Position numbers and translations under genes: made by a program | Shown: positions 43,301 through 49,849 of the stretch, one piece after another | Layout of the letters: every line of letters begins with the position of its first letter | Numbering within the stretch: position 1 is the first letter of the stretch | From: Actinomycetes bacterium | GTDB lineage: Bacteria > Actinomycetota > Coriobacteriia > WRKU01 > WQUG01 | Assembly: GCA_031272275.1 (NCBI GenBank) | Contig: JAISUC010000011.1 | Coordinates: 2,290-66,289, forward strand | Length of the DNA stretch: 64,000 nt | Direction: 5' to 3' | Notes under the pieces: generated by a model | Told to the model about the DNA's origin: nothing | Seen by the model: only the letters and a program-made list of their open reading frames with translations | Databases searched by the model: none

Positions 43301-44696
43301 GGCTCAGGTCAATGGTCGTGAGCAGCGTCTGGTTGGTGAACACGCCCTTGGCGGTTGCCGGGGGAGCAGTCGCCGTGTTGATGGCGGCATCTCCCGAGCC
43401 GTCGGCGATGGTTTTCAGTGAGGTCATCTGGCTGAAGTCGATGGAAGTGAACTTGAAGTTGTTGAATGCCAGACCTGCGCCGGCGTCACTGTTGACCTCG
43501 ACCAAGGGCTGGTTGGTGTCGGGACGTACTCCCGGTAAGACCAGGTTTTTATAGGTCGCGAACTTTGCGGCACCCAGCGTGCTGAATCCGGTCAGTTTGT
43601 TGTTGTCATAGCTGAAGTCCTGGTACTGCCACACGGACAGCGTACCCGTTTTGTCGGGGATGTATTGTGCCATGACACCTGCCACAACGCTGACTTTGAT
43701 GTTTTTCGAGCCGACATTGCCGTATTGGTCGACGACCGAATAGCTGACCGAGGTGTCGGACGGATACGAGGAATCGATCGTCGTCGGGGTGACGGTGATG
43801 TTGGCATCGGGGATCGCTTGGCCGTCCACACCGCTGACGGCACTGACCCAGCTGCGGAGCACGGTCTCATCAATGGTGGTGTTGAGCTCGACAATGCGGT
43901 TGGTCGCCGTGATGACCGGGGCTGCCACGGCGGGTTTGTATTCAAAGGTGACCTCGGCGCCGGTGGCTGCCGTCACGGTTTTGGTGTCGGCCACGGGGCT
44001 GTATCCGGCAACTGTGGGCGCGGTGATGCTGACGGTGTCACCTGCGGGGAAGACCTGATCGGTCGTATAGTCGGCACCCAGCACCTGATCGGAATAGATG
44101 GGGTTCGGGCCGTCGGGGGCGACCTTGTTATCAACACAGTGGACGGTAATGGTGACCGGGTTTATCGCATAACCGTCGCCTGCTTTGACGTTGCTGGTCA
44201 GTGCGGGGTTCGGGGTCGCGATGATCACGCGCACGACACTGCCGTTGCCGTCGAATGCGTCGGCCGCGATCGAGGTCACACTGTTCGGCAGGTTCACCGT
44301 GGTCAGCGCGTTGTTCGCGAACGCCTTGGCCGCGATGGTGGTGAGGTTTGCCGGCACCGTGATGCCCGTCAGGGCGTCGTTGGCAAACGCGTTGGCACCG
44401 ATACCGGTGATGGTGGTACCCGAGATAGTGTTCGGTATGGTGGGCGCATGGTCACTGTTCAGCTTGGTCTTGCCTGCAGTGGACAGACCGGTGATGGTGG
44501 CACCGCTGCGCGTGAAGTCGCTGCCGGTCCAGGTGGCGGCGTAGCTTAGCTGTGGCATCATCGACCACAGCATGCTGCAGGCCAGAATGAACGAGATCAG
44601 GCGTCTGCCGCCGCCGCGGGCCTTTATGAGTGCGTGACGCAATGCGCGGATACGCGCGGTGAACGTGCGGTGAAACCAACCCTGTAATGTATTCAT
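28362..44696 (-). CDS. Giant (~5,440 aa) cell-surface adhesin: BspA-like LRRs, SpaA/Cna-B Ig domains, 15 SdrD-B repeats, atypical wall anchor
   Basis: Signal peptide; LxxIGxxAF repeats; GATFGLY..YIVKEISPPAGY domains; 15 x GLVWxDxDNDGxxDxGE; C-terminal RPGSTG+TM+HRRTRK; ATG 44696 has GAGGGAG RBS. Confidence 0.9.
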   Translation of the reverse strand: MNTLQGWFHRTFTARIRALRHALIKARGGGRRLISFILACSMLWSMMPQLSYAATWTGSDFTRSGATITGLSTAGKTKLNSDHAPTIPNTISGTTITGIGANAFANDALTGITVPANLTTIAAKAFANNALTTVNLPNSVTSIAADAFDGNGSVVRVIIATPNPALTSNVKAGDGYAINPVTITVHCVDNKVAPDGPNPIYSDQVLGADYTTDQVFPAGDTVSITAPTVAGYSPVADTKTVTAATGAEVTFEYKPAVAAPVITATNRIVELNTTIDETVLRSWVSAVSGVDGQAIPDANITVTPTTIDSSYPSDTSVSYSVVDQYGNVGSKNIKVSVVAGVMAQYIPDKTGTLSVWQYQDFSYDNNKLTGFSTLGAAKFATYKNLVLPGVRPDTNQPLVEVNSDAGAGLAFNNFKFTSIDFSQMTSLKTIADGSGDAAINTATAPPATAKGVFTNQTLLTTIDLSPLESLEYIGVNAFLGATSVQSINFSGLDNLKTIGVSAFQWIYLSTSSTLNLNGLKRLETIGNQAFAHIKVTSLTLNDLPKLKTIGMSSFYRTTELKTLVIEGLPELEIINNSAFECYTKSGTYPGSKLESLTIKDCPKLETIAQQAFQTAPLTTLSLENLPGLKVIGLNCFAGERERGASGTTPLGCELTTLDLSGAPNLEVIGIAAFRNLQITTLDLSANKHLKLIRRDAFKQVPLTSISFDGLTELTTIGAYAFYKATLTKLDLTDCASLEYISYDPTDEVAKETAPTGGAVNENAATGWGAGAATETLNMPSSNIYSQAALFGEVEDGYPTDPAPTTGFYGRAAFGYAQLSTLDLSGNPHLKFLGGFEKAQLTKLDLSTCPELQAIGPFAFRDSPMFALGIAGLSNLKAIGRAAFAQSKMTDLDLSGDRNLLTIWDDAFVRAPLTHLDVTGLAKLKRIGPRAFKGAILTELDLTEMPNLTWLDDLCQNEGRIDTRLVGVAGEPANGATPAGQARTNWTIAQTFLASPITYLDFSKSSKLKILGGSAFQMYAGTTIDFSGCTSLELIGAGLFDQSWGGYLVTPTNPTAGEVNTKLTSISFKGCTNLKRIEFASFWGKTAVTSIDFTGCENLEVIEHGSFQGPKIDVLDLSDATHFKAITAASELADGRYYWSSWRANHAFDSSTLRYVIIGGISPENTSGNIYNQTLSATDAGTPTSTGVGPSDQWFNLNKSVPIYVLDKTKLGGSSTSTADDVVTHNGYVMNPVNIKIRMVEAGNTSHILMPDRQVSMTLPANGNVTLSAPNVFGYTATASSKTQHFELPEHPSPTAIAGTMVFEYNTAPTSGYAAYHVVEIPGTVDAPIGELLTVDIGAMMSGITGKIDAGSKIEVLYDPAYVSFQGAASSSYYSFANDASQGILTITLLSDIAAGVRQASTTTWRLAQGPTQQNASFPLYATLINTSGVPIAVADPYVYLSGYYDAPTIQKIANDGHGDEWRDDVGINLGAIHQPRDDDNNLVAGVNTPWSYGDVKYDAPGKTAVLTYKFKVTNVRRNIDTFTYIDTIPTYIKVDQTDGSLETVPAEFVPARNPGWVVTRTDMQGRALEVQRTYTNVKMNVPTPELVLGFPFALDVQEWENEISFHMTIDDPGGSEFYTLAADPTLPLGRSETLDPALVGQPVSFEASDTINTPTAPTYPGNFSKWAIAPHFTGDKTFDGQIIPITQGWFWDTNAEKTGEFLWEIGIRAAWGQGEVDEFGGYYNGQKIYAGDPWPTGWLSKNISYEDVIDGVYADASQPDGKRRGMDTRMYFSGVDPTGTNGTANNISAKRGNTNGYAPARVTAYHWDGTKDVVVLDRQNVVGKLDFTAAGLTVAQQQSITRITVTESIKVIKPGDTSEEVYFYTKLKNPAGAENNFKQIAVTYYQTNGEPLAAWPLTSHRQTDNPLTGVDESYYFDADFPLGYYHNYGTVTRTNVRTLLDGTVTQRTYSAVDEHSFRIHPVNAGIGLSKDRNGGSETVYATQSDGTPSQMSYRLMIDVYDGVDEVMPDGFDTVLNNVTIIDVLPDNFNYDTFTPSNEFKLAATGLTVTYVDKDTAAASATYNHINAPLLVIKANTLTLAKLVKSGSKALSDAGIVGVLSGKVAKTAPSGVALVNNAYMTYANDPSAVHQGVGDSSNWETTDTNNPFGATGVLKASARVNVIGISSLLAEKTIRAMQADGSYGPWSATGIQTSGVVGNTNNFEYRLTVSNAWPSPYDGVQVLDVLPYADDKAIVPNMSWYRGPRYSEFQDANTDVIAGPPATAVTVTGTLNGGTPMTASDYVVEYLMSNNPIPDSFGNGVTADVWYATPPAGYTWRNQAQVAALGTWSDIWARQVRAVRVREVNPTAEMIKPDTLEVRIKMKAPTLSTAAATIAQPGMRAYNTFAYGADNSPLLETLSVYNELKDNPATIIMKKTAGTTANELTGAGLNGATFGLYDTTTGDLLMTATSGTLDNNHAQLDAAWFTSATNKTGWVVFPSDTSSPNWTSTNGSTLDTAKLWRGDYIVKEISPPAGYLPSDLIRTVNANSFVLTAPGTTTSPVAKLAYYSNTAEPVYGNLNITKTGGAGTAAAGVPFLITQVSSPYQTYSVVTDSAGKISLEHIPVGNYTIKEMSAPGILTPTGEFTVAVAASTVTIATAPAAPYASGTYAPTVSGNTVTIRNAYVNVTLLKLAALTESARAMAETDMTPSSGKALSGVQFRLYQGVPNTGTLVGTYATDATGKITFTNLVANTWYYVSEVAPPTDYVAIITPIRFQVNNAGQIVNASSVAYRSDMLIVKNLLNIQPAEITITKTKYTPSANGQLASNGTLGTIDPATGFAGVQFLIDKYDDTTGTYVNVPSLTGTTDSTGKVVITIPVPALGNYRIRESVPAGYLSQSTADYMYFSVASSTQIQKFTFSYTNTPIQPVIVKGDIARVYNPSIADERTNLAADAATLTSMGLTPHQMVRSDGMIQLIAGLGGATYEVAEYTGSVYLGTPDATYTVTTAADGSFTIPFGLVFAEGHTYTFREITAPYGYMLSETLTIYQPSYEAVSMKANGGKWITLEDKVPSHRIVLTKYKADNENELAGAQFLLYYADGTSVTTTLTTDAQGTLIVNNLNPGIYYLQEVASPPQYSVRPGYGKVTITGITDRIFPQIPVHADTIGATTPVLWADVTSSDTTVDAFVKVSDPRKYEITGSLWLDRDIDGVREANEPAIDGITVSLYQADGTTPAVDVWGNPVTATVTGNTWVFSDQETPTATPWLDGHNYAFDNLPAGNYVVVFTDGTGADLGRYSLSPKDAGGDDAVDSDANSTYTHTNPDTTTTDYQGSTVGTYSPDELTAATIPGVSIVNNPADEVWQSKHHDVGLWLPRTVSGLVWEDRNRNGVQDAGEDLISGVTVTLVNASTGVTVTADRDGNPITPQVTDATNGYVFTNLPDGEYYLVFTSTAGPGGANLGDYETTLRLTGTANEDKDSDVDGRYTNLHDLVDMSTQANHVISVDGTASASEHNDAGLFKPYVLAGLVWDDRDLDGIQDPDEPAIDGVKVSLEVWDASANGGSGGWVAARDDQGNLVPSQVTESSTATQTGFNYCFTALPAGQYRVTFESDTQWLGACDLTASDVGADDTVDSDATAHTTDGTGKLVTVSIDDAATLLSLTNTDSVSNDIGLRRTYEVSGLVWEDRDNDGLQDPGEPALAGVVATLFVQNPSSGAWTQVTTDAHGGTITPQTTTTAILNGHNYLFEDLPYGTYKVVFTDNVSGALLGEFGVSATNVGSDDTIDNDGVGGHDANGTLTSATIDGITLPADSLVDGWSSRNNDLGLTRSFEINGLVWEDTDNDGLVDSSEAPIPGTTVTLEVWDATANGGSGGWVPAHDVTGAVVPSQLTTDNAGAPSATYNYRFDDIPEGTYRVTFSDPSGNTLGDMSVTKRDVGSNELIDSDATQHGSGEGTKTATVSGIDTGPGIGTNGVVSGVNCGLVPNAEISGLVWDDADNDGIRDTGEVLLADGCLVVVYESDGTTRAHHIDGTLVATETVTVADYGLSGHTYEFTELPPGSYVVTLYDPSGTVLGVYGVTRAKVGNDPTVNNDAVGVYTGGVTDRAQAAVGGTDYDGNGHAYNIDFGLVKTYDISGLVWEDTDNDGVRDPGEPAIGDLTVNLLVRDPITGEYVPATDSQGTTYTAVVTTDTATGNTNWKFENLPEGDYKVVVTDGSGTTLADYEVAKKDVGTDDRLDSDAVAAKNDNSDLTTATVDVGYVTRDIDTVGIGLVPSYEIRGTVWNDTDNDGIRDSGETPLPGSSVQLNVWDPSANGGSGDWVPAVHVDGTPVLPQTVTTDTASAGYGYRFDELPAGTYQVIFSDPTGATLGDYSATKINQGTDDLRDSDATQTVLPNGSKTATISNIVLDPSVTGNISTGNDLGLSASYDINGYVWDDQDNDGIKDTGEPLLPGTTVDLEVWDPTANGGNGDWVPAHHTGGDIVLSIVTTDTDNGYNYLFEDLPQGEYRVVFTDPSEATLGDMSVTRANQGTDELLDSDATQTALPGTGKQGNIGGIIVGPSTVATGGASTGNNMGLTKNYEMSGLVWEDSDNNGIRDIGESLIGTGCVVVIYQADGTTRARHIDGSVVATESINNAGYVANDYTWHFEELPDGEYVIILYDPTGTVFGTYGVTQRRVGTNTVVDNDAVGIYTDNVTERADAAVGAADYDANGSARHIDFGLVQAYDLNGLVWNDADNDGVRDPGEDLMPGSTVTLYVWDADANGGAGGYVPATDISGAQVPPQVVTTDTASAGYTYHFVNLPEGTYQVVFTDPAGGAEGGWSVTRADQGGDDRLDSDATQTVVNGAKQAVISGIVLDPSTTTTDNVSGGNDVGLTPCYDLGGIVWDDEDNDGIRDLTEPLLPGTTVDLEVWDPTANGGGGGWVPATHTGGDPVLSVVTTDVDLGGGNYVFTDLPEGQYRVVFTDPSGDTLGDMSVTQTGQGADPLLDSDATQTATPGGGKQGNIGGIIVGPSTVTSDGVSVGNNMGLTKNYEISGLVWDDRNNNGVRDGSEVLIGDGLQVVVYLPDGTRARHIDGSVVATCIVDNSLYATDGYTYYFEELPPGSYTVTLLDAAGNVLSDYSVTRHQVGGNTTIDNDARGTYSGGGTDRADAVVGNANYDSDGSARHTDFGLVKTYTIDGLVWQDTDNDGVRDAGEPPIAGVNVNLYVKDPTTGQYVPARDSEGNLYPPYVTTTQVTADGNYHFVNVPQGDYRLVFTDGSGTKLADYEVAKKDVGDDRYDSDGTGTRNARGDLTQAAAAAGVITTDTAHIDIGLVPSYDVGGLVFDDKNGNGKQDPGEGPKAGIIVTITDPNGNPVYDLDGKLVGPVTTTGSVDSDGNNYRFDHLPAGDYTVTLRDADGNVVGSYTIHNPRIGSATAAKPPVYAYKKPAVAKPAPAPTPVRPGSTGEVAWSWIVVMVLLAAAVASFALHRRTRKEA

Positions 44697-44928
44697 TTCT
44701 GTCTCCCTCGTGCCCCGGTGCTGCCCCCTCCTCGTGAAGAACAGCATGCGTGAAATCGCAACGGTTACAGTTTAGCGCAATTTAGGTCCATTGTGGTAAA
44801 GAAAAAGTGCCAATGCACCCGTGGCAATACAGCGGGTGTGCGGCATCACCCCGCGAACGTCATTGCGAGGGAGCGGGTTTGCGTTGAGGGCGCGGAGCGC
44901 CATCAACGGCGCCGTCGAGTCCGCAGTG

Positions 44929-45690
44929 TCAGCCCAGAACCAGACCGACGGGGCAGTGATCACTCCCCAACACTTCCGGATACAGCGGCGTCGACTGCAC
45001 GCGCGAAAACATTCGGCGCGAGCATAACACGTAATCGATGCGCCAGCCGACGTTGTTCGCACGGGCGTTGGCGCGGTAACTCCACCAGGTATAGGCGCCG
45101 GTCACGTCGGGGTGCCGTTCACGAAAACAGTCCACGATACCGTCACGCCCGGCATTAAGCAGCTGCCCGAACTTCGCGCGCTCCTCGTCGCTGAAGCCGG
45201 GTTTTCCCACATTGGGGGCGGGGCGCGCCAAATCAATCGGCTGATGTGCCACGTTCAAATCCCCACAGATGATAACCGGCTTATCTGCGTCCAGTTCGGA
45301 CACAAAATCGCGAAAGGCGTCTTCCCAGCGCTCGCGAAACGCAATGCGCGCCAGTTCCGGTTGCGCATTCGGCGCGTATTCGCAGACGACCCAATAGTCC
45401 TCGAATTCGCACGCAGTCAGTCGACCCTCGGCGTCAAGCGCACTGTCCCCCACCGCGCGCAACACCTGCACAGGTTCGGTTCGCGTGAACACCGCCGTGC
45501 CCGAATAGCCCTTTTTTTCAGCATAGGACCAGACCTGCGTATACCCCGGCAGCTCCAGATCGATTTGCCTTGCCTGCAGCTTTGTTTCCTGCACGCAAAA
45601 CACATCCGCATCCAGCGCGGCAAACACATCCGCAAATCCCTTTTTGACGACCGCACGCAGCCCGTTCACATTCCACGAAACCAGTTTCAT
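44929..45690 (-). CDS. xth: Exodeoxyribonuclease III / AP endonuclease
   Basis: SWNVNGLRA, CVQETK, GDLNVAH, YTWWSYR, GWRIDY, GSDHCP. Confidence 0.96.
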   Translation of the reverse strand: MKLVSWNVNGLRAVVKKGFADVFAALDADVFCVQETKLQARQIDLELPGYTQVWSYAEKKGYSGTAVFTRTEPVQVLRAVGDSALDAEGRLTACEFEDYWVVCEYAPNAQPELARIAFRERWEDAFRDFVSELDADKPVIICGDLNVAHQPIDLARPAPNVGKPGFSDEERAKFGQLLNAGRDGIVDCFRERHPDVTGAYTWWSYRANARANNVGWRIDYVLCSRRMFSRVQSTPLYPEVLGSDHCPVGLVLG

Positions 45691-45767
45691 CTGCTGTATA
45701 ACCCCATCTGATCAAACACGCTATCTGTACATCCGCCCTATCCGTTCATCCATATGTTCCGTCCGTA

Positions 45768-48035
45768 TTACTTTACGGTAATCGTGACCGATTTTTTGTG
45801 ACTGCCGGCCCGAGCGGTCAGTTTCGCCTTTCCGGCTTTCAGCGCAACCAACCGACCGGTCGCATCCACCGCCAGCACAGCGGGGTTGGACGACGACCAG
45901 GTGACCGCCACATCGGTCGCCGACGCAGGCGACAGTTTCGCGCTGACCCGTTTGGTGGCGCCAATTGCCATCACGTGTCCGGCAGGCAACGCGGTCAGGG
46001 ACACGCTCCCCAATTTCTTTGTTTTGCCCACGACGCGGATTTTCACCTTCACCGTTTTTCCCGCGCCCGGTTTCAGGCTGAGCGTTGCGCTGCCGACTTT
46101 CAGGCCTTTGATGGCGATGGACAGGCCTTTCAGCGTGCCCGAGCTGCCGCCCGGTCGGGTCGTAGTGGCGATCGTCGTGTCGCGCAGGCTGCCGTGCCCG
46201 CGTTTAGCCGCCGCCTTTGTGCCCGAGGTCACCGTCGCCACGCTGCGTTTGCTGCTGGACCAGGTGATGGTCAGCGTTTCGTTGGTCGCGTAATAGTCGG
46301 CAACGCGCAGGTGCAGCGTCTTGCCGCGGCGGATGTAGACCGTGCTGCGCGACGAGGCCAGCGTCGGGTGCCCATAAGGCGCGCCGGTTTTTGCGGGACT
46401 GTAGCCGCCGGTTCCCCGTGCATTTTCGGCGGCGATGCGGAATTCGTAGGTCGCGCCTTCGGCCAGGCCGGTGACGGTGATGGTGGTCGCCGTGTTGGCC
46501 GCATGGGCATAGGTCGTCCAGGTCGCGGTCCCCGTTTTGCGGTACTGAATCGCATAGGTCCGCAAGGGACCGTTGGCATCACGCGGGGCGATCCAGTACA
46601 AGGTCACGCGGTTTTTGCCGGCGGCTGTACGCGTGATGGTGGGCGGGTCGGGCAGACCCAGCGCCGCGTCGACGGCGGCGGCGGCGTTAATGGCTCCGAC
46701 GCCGGTCCAAATGTCGGTGCCGGCGGCGGCGGGGCTTTGGGTGACGTCGACTGCGGTCTGAGTGATCAGCGCGGTCACCTGGGCTGCCGTCAGGTTCGGG
46801 GCGGCGCGCCAAATCAGGGCGGCGGTGGCTGCGGTATAGGGCGCCGAATAGCTGGTGCCCGCCGCCAACAGATAGTTACTGGACAGACCCAGTACGGCGA
46901 TGTTGCTGCCGGGGGCGGCGACGTCCACCGCGCTGTTGTGCGTGCTGAAATACGACGGCGCACCGTCAATGTCAATCGCGCCGACGCTGACGACCGGCGC
47001 ATAGGCGGCCGGGTAAATGACGGGGTTCGCGGCGGTGTTGCCGTAATTGCCGGCACTGGCGATAACTAGGATGCCGGCGGCAATCGCATCATCGATCGCG
47101 TCTTTCAGGTAATCGGGAAAATCGGGACCGCCCAGCGACATATTGATGATGCGCGCGTTTTGTTTCTGCGTGATGTCGACGATGCAATCGGTAACCGCCG
47201 ACAGATACAGCTGGTCCTGGTTGTTTGCGGCCTTATAGACGACGACGCGGTTATCCCAAGCAGCTCCGGCAATACCGATCGCATTGTTGGTTGCAGCCCC
47301 GATCAGACCCGCCGTCGAGGTACCGTGAAACACGTCGGCGTCGGTATCGCCCGGATCCGGATTCACGTTGCTGTCGCCGTCGCCAAAATCATAGCCGGCG
47401 ACGATATTGCCCCCGTGATCGGCAACCGACATATCAAACCCGGTGTCGATCACCGCAACCGGCGCGGTCTGGGCATTCCCCGGCAACGTCGCCAGACGCG
47501 TCCACACATCGACCGCGTCAATCCCCGGCGAGGTGCGCAAACCCCAGCTACCTCCGTCGTCATCGTAGGCAAAATAGGGATCGTTCGGGGTGGCGGTATA
47601 GGTGACCTGGCTGTATGCGCGCGCATCGGCGCCGATTCGACGGAATAGTTTTGTTTGGGAGAGTGCGTCCCGCAGCTGTTTTGCCGCGTTCGCGGATGCG
47701 GTTTGCAGCACCAGTAAACTATGGGGGTGTGCGCTGTCGGGACGACTGACCACTGTAAAGGTCGGGGTTGTTTTATCGCCGGTGAGCTGTTTGATGGTGG
47801 CGGTGATCTGCGGCACGGTCGTCGCCGGCTTCAGGGATGCGACGACGCGCGCCGGTTCGCCGGCCGCGTACGCCGTCGGGGCTGCGGCGAGAAGGACGGT
47901 GAGTACTGCTGCTGCGACCCACAGCATCCGTAACGCGATGGTGCCCATCGTCGTCGGATACCGGCCCGTTGTGGGCGGTGATGGGGGGATACCGATTATT
48001 TGCCGGGTAGCTGTTGTGCGCGTCGCGCGTGCCAT
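45768..48035 (-). CDS. Secreted S8 subtilisin-like protease with FN3 and Big_2 domains
   Basis: Triad VAVIDTG / HGTSTAG / GTSYSAP; FN3 (VTGLAEGATYEFRIAAEN); WSSSNPAVLAVD; GGAGGA before ATG 48035. Confidence 0.92.
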   Translation of the reverse strand: MARATRTTATRQIIGIPPSPPTTGRYPTTMGTIALRMLWVAAAVLTVLLAAAPTAYAAGEPARVVASLKPATTVPQITATIKQLTGDKTTPTFTVVSRPDSAHPHSLLVLQTASANAAKQLRDALSQTKLFRRIGADARAYSQVTYTATPNDPYFAYDDDGGSWGLRTSPGIDAVDVWTRLATLPGNAQTAPVAVIDTGFDMSVADHGGNIVAGYDFGDGDSNVNPDPGDTDADVFHGTSTAGLIGAATNNAIGIAGAAWDNRVVVYKAANNQDQLYLSAVTDCIVDITQKQNARIINMSLGGPDFPDYLKDAIDDAIAAGILVIASAGNYGNTAANPVIYPAAYAPVVSVGAIDIDGAPSYFSTHNSAVDVAAPGSNIAVLGLSSNYLLAAGTSYSAPYTAATAALIWRAAPNLTAAQVTALITQTAVDVTQSPAAAGTDIWTGVGAINAAAAVDAALGLPDPPTITRTAAGKNRVTLYWIAPRDANGPLRTYAIQYRKTGTATWTTYAHAANTATTITVTGLAEGATYEFRIAAENARGTGGYSPAKTGAPYGHPTLASSRSTVYIRRGKTLHLRVADYYATNETLTITWSSSKRSVATVTSGTKAAAKRGHGSLRDTTIATTTRPGGSSGTLKGLSIAIKGLKVGSATLSLKPGAGKTVKVKIRVVGKTKKLGSVSLTALPAGHVMAIGATKRVSAKLSPASATDVAVTWSSSNPAVLAVDATGRLVALKAGKAKLTARAGSHKKSVTITVK

Positions 48036-48178
48036 GTCGATTCCTCCGATGTGTCCCTCAAACCAAACCCGTTTTCCCTCAATCTGCACAGCCAGTATAG
48101 CAGGTCGCCCACCCGACAGACAGTGTGTGGTGCAGTATCGCAGGCTTAGGCAAATAGCTTGCACATTGAGGAAGTTCT

Positions 48179-48276
48179 GTAGCGCGGCACTCCGTGCCGC
48201 CCCGTGAGCGCAACCGGTTTTGTTGCGCGAACACCTGACGTTGAGGACGCGCGCGCTCTGCGCATCCGAGTCAACG
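48179..48276 (+). repeat. ~100-bp GTAG-tagged dispersed element, copy A
   Basis: Aligns with the reverse complement of 55202-55300 (shared GTGAGCGCAACCGG..TTTTGTTGCGCGAACAC, TTGAGGA.GCGCG..GCGCATCCGA). Confidence 0.8.
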
Positions 48277-48501
48277 GCAGTGGGCGTAGGGACGCACTCC
48301 CCCAATATTTAGTTGAATTTAGGGCTGGACACCCCAAGATATTGTGGTATCGTTATCACCATACGGCGCGCCGGCTGAGGGGAGTCCAACGTGGGCACGT
48401 CGGGTCGGTAATTGGAAAGACAAAGACGGGAAGAACAGGAAAGAACGGGTCAGACATCGGACGGGGAATCCGGATCGACAGAAAGGGAAAAGGAGCGAAA
48501 T

Positions 48502-49623
48502 ATGAAGAAAGTTCTGTTGGTACTGGCGGTTTTGCTGCTGGCGCTGGTGGTTGTGGCGTGCGGCGGCAATAAGGCCGCAAGCGATACGACGAGTTCGGGG
48601 ACCGAGGCCTCTGAGCCTTTGACCATCGGGTTCATCTATATCGGAACCACGACCGACGGGGGCTACACGCAGGCGCAGCACGAGGGAACGGTTGCGCTGC
48701 AAGAGCACTTCGGCGACAAAGTCAACTGCATCTGGAAAGAGGAAGTCGACGACACGAACAAGCAGGCGACGACCGATGCGGCGCTGGAGATGATCGACCA
48801 GGGCGCAAAGGTGATCATCGGCACCAGCTATGGGTTTATGGATGCGCTGGACGAACTGGCGAACAACCCCGATTACGCCGAGGTTGATTTCCTGCACTTC
48901 AGCGGCAACAAGATGAACGACACGAACTTCGGCAACTATTTCGGCGCGATGGAAGAGCCGCGCTATCTGTCGGGTATCGTCGCCGGTTCGATGACAAAGT
49001 CGAACAAGCTGGGTTATGTCGCGGCGTTCCCGTATACCGAGGTCCAAATCGGCATCAACGCGTTCACGCTGGGCGCGCAGTCGGTGAACCCGGACGTTGA
49101 GGTCAAGGTCGTCTATATCAACAGCTGGTATGATCCTGCGAATGAAAAGGCCGCGGCAGAGTCGCTGCTGGATGCCGGATGCGACATCATCACCCAGCAC
49201 GCAGACACCACCGGCCCGCAGCTGGCGGCCGCCGCCGCAGGCAAGTACTGCATCGGCTACAACCTGGACAACAGTGCGGTCGAGGGTCTGGACAAGGCGT
49301 TTTTGACCGCGCCGGTGTGGCACCACGAGGTCTTCCTGATTCCGACCGTGCAGGCGATTTTGGACGGAACCTGGAAGCCCGAGAGCTATTACGGCACCAT
49401 GAAGGACGGCTACATCGGGTTGGCTCCGCTGACGGCGAACGTCCCCGATGAGGTGAAAGCCAAGGTCGAGGAAGTCCAGCAGAAGATCGAAGCGGGCGAG
49501 TTCCCGATCTTCGTCGGCCCCATCAAGGACAACACCGGTGCTGAAAAGGTGCCGGAGGGCACGACGCTGGATCGCGCGGGCATTTGGTCGATCGACTATC
49601 TGGTCCAAGGCGCGTCCGAATAG
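48502..49623 (+). CDS. BMP-family ABC substrate-binding lipoprotein (purine/nucleoside-type)
   Basis: Lipobox VVAC; DGGYTQAQHEG, YLSGIVAG, INAFTLGA, SWYDP, DIITQH. Confidence 0.93.
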   Translation: MKKVLLVLAVLLLALVVVACGGNKAASDTTSSGTEASEPLTIGFIYIGTTTDGGYTQAQHEGTVALQEHFGDKVNCIWKEEVDDTNKQATTDAALEMIDQGAKVIIGTSYGFMDALDELANNPDYAEVDFLHFSGNKMNDTNFGNYFGAMEEPRYLSGIVAGSMTKSNKLGYVAAFPYTEVQIGINAFTLGAQSVNPDVEVKVVYINSWYDPANEKAAAESLLDAGCDIITQHADTTGPQLAAAAAGKYCIGYNLDNSAVEGLDKAFLTAPVWHHEVFLIPTVQAILDGTWKPESYYGTMKDGYIGLAPLTANVPDEVKAKVEEVQQKIEAGEFPIFVGPIKDNTGAEKVPEGTTLDRAGIWSIDYLVQGASE

Positions 49624-49689
49624 CCGGCACGTATCGTCGGTTTGACGATGACGTACACGGGTTATAACGGCCTCATGTGAGACCAACCA

Positions 49690-49729
49690 GGGGGAGTGCG
49701 TCCGGCGGGGATGCACTCCCCCGTGTTAT
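49690..49729 (+). terminator. Hairpin built from an inverted pair of the 15-mer motif
   Basis: GGGGGAGTGCGTCC-GGCG-GGGATGCACTCCCCC then GTGTTATT, 66 nt after the BMP stop. Confidence 0.65.
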
Positions 49730-49849
49730 TGTGGTGGTAGGCTCTGTGGTATTACGTTGTGTTAAGTGGAGTTATAGGTGTTACGTGGTAAGAGTGTTGC
49801 AGTAAAGGTGTGAGACACACACGGTGAAGACGGCGAAAGGTACACGGTT

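Noticed and set aside
28350-44549. Long plus-strand ORFs (e.g. 30306-33491, 1061 aa) opposite the adhesin
   Set aside because: Antisense shadow frames typical of high-GC codon bias; no recognisable domains
48350-48415. Purine-type riboswitch before the BMP operon
   Set aside because: Conserved purine-riboswitch core nucleotides not recognised; an Rfam scan would be needed
48319-49716. 465-aa minus-strand ORF
   Set aside because: Shadow of the BMP lipoprotein gene
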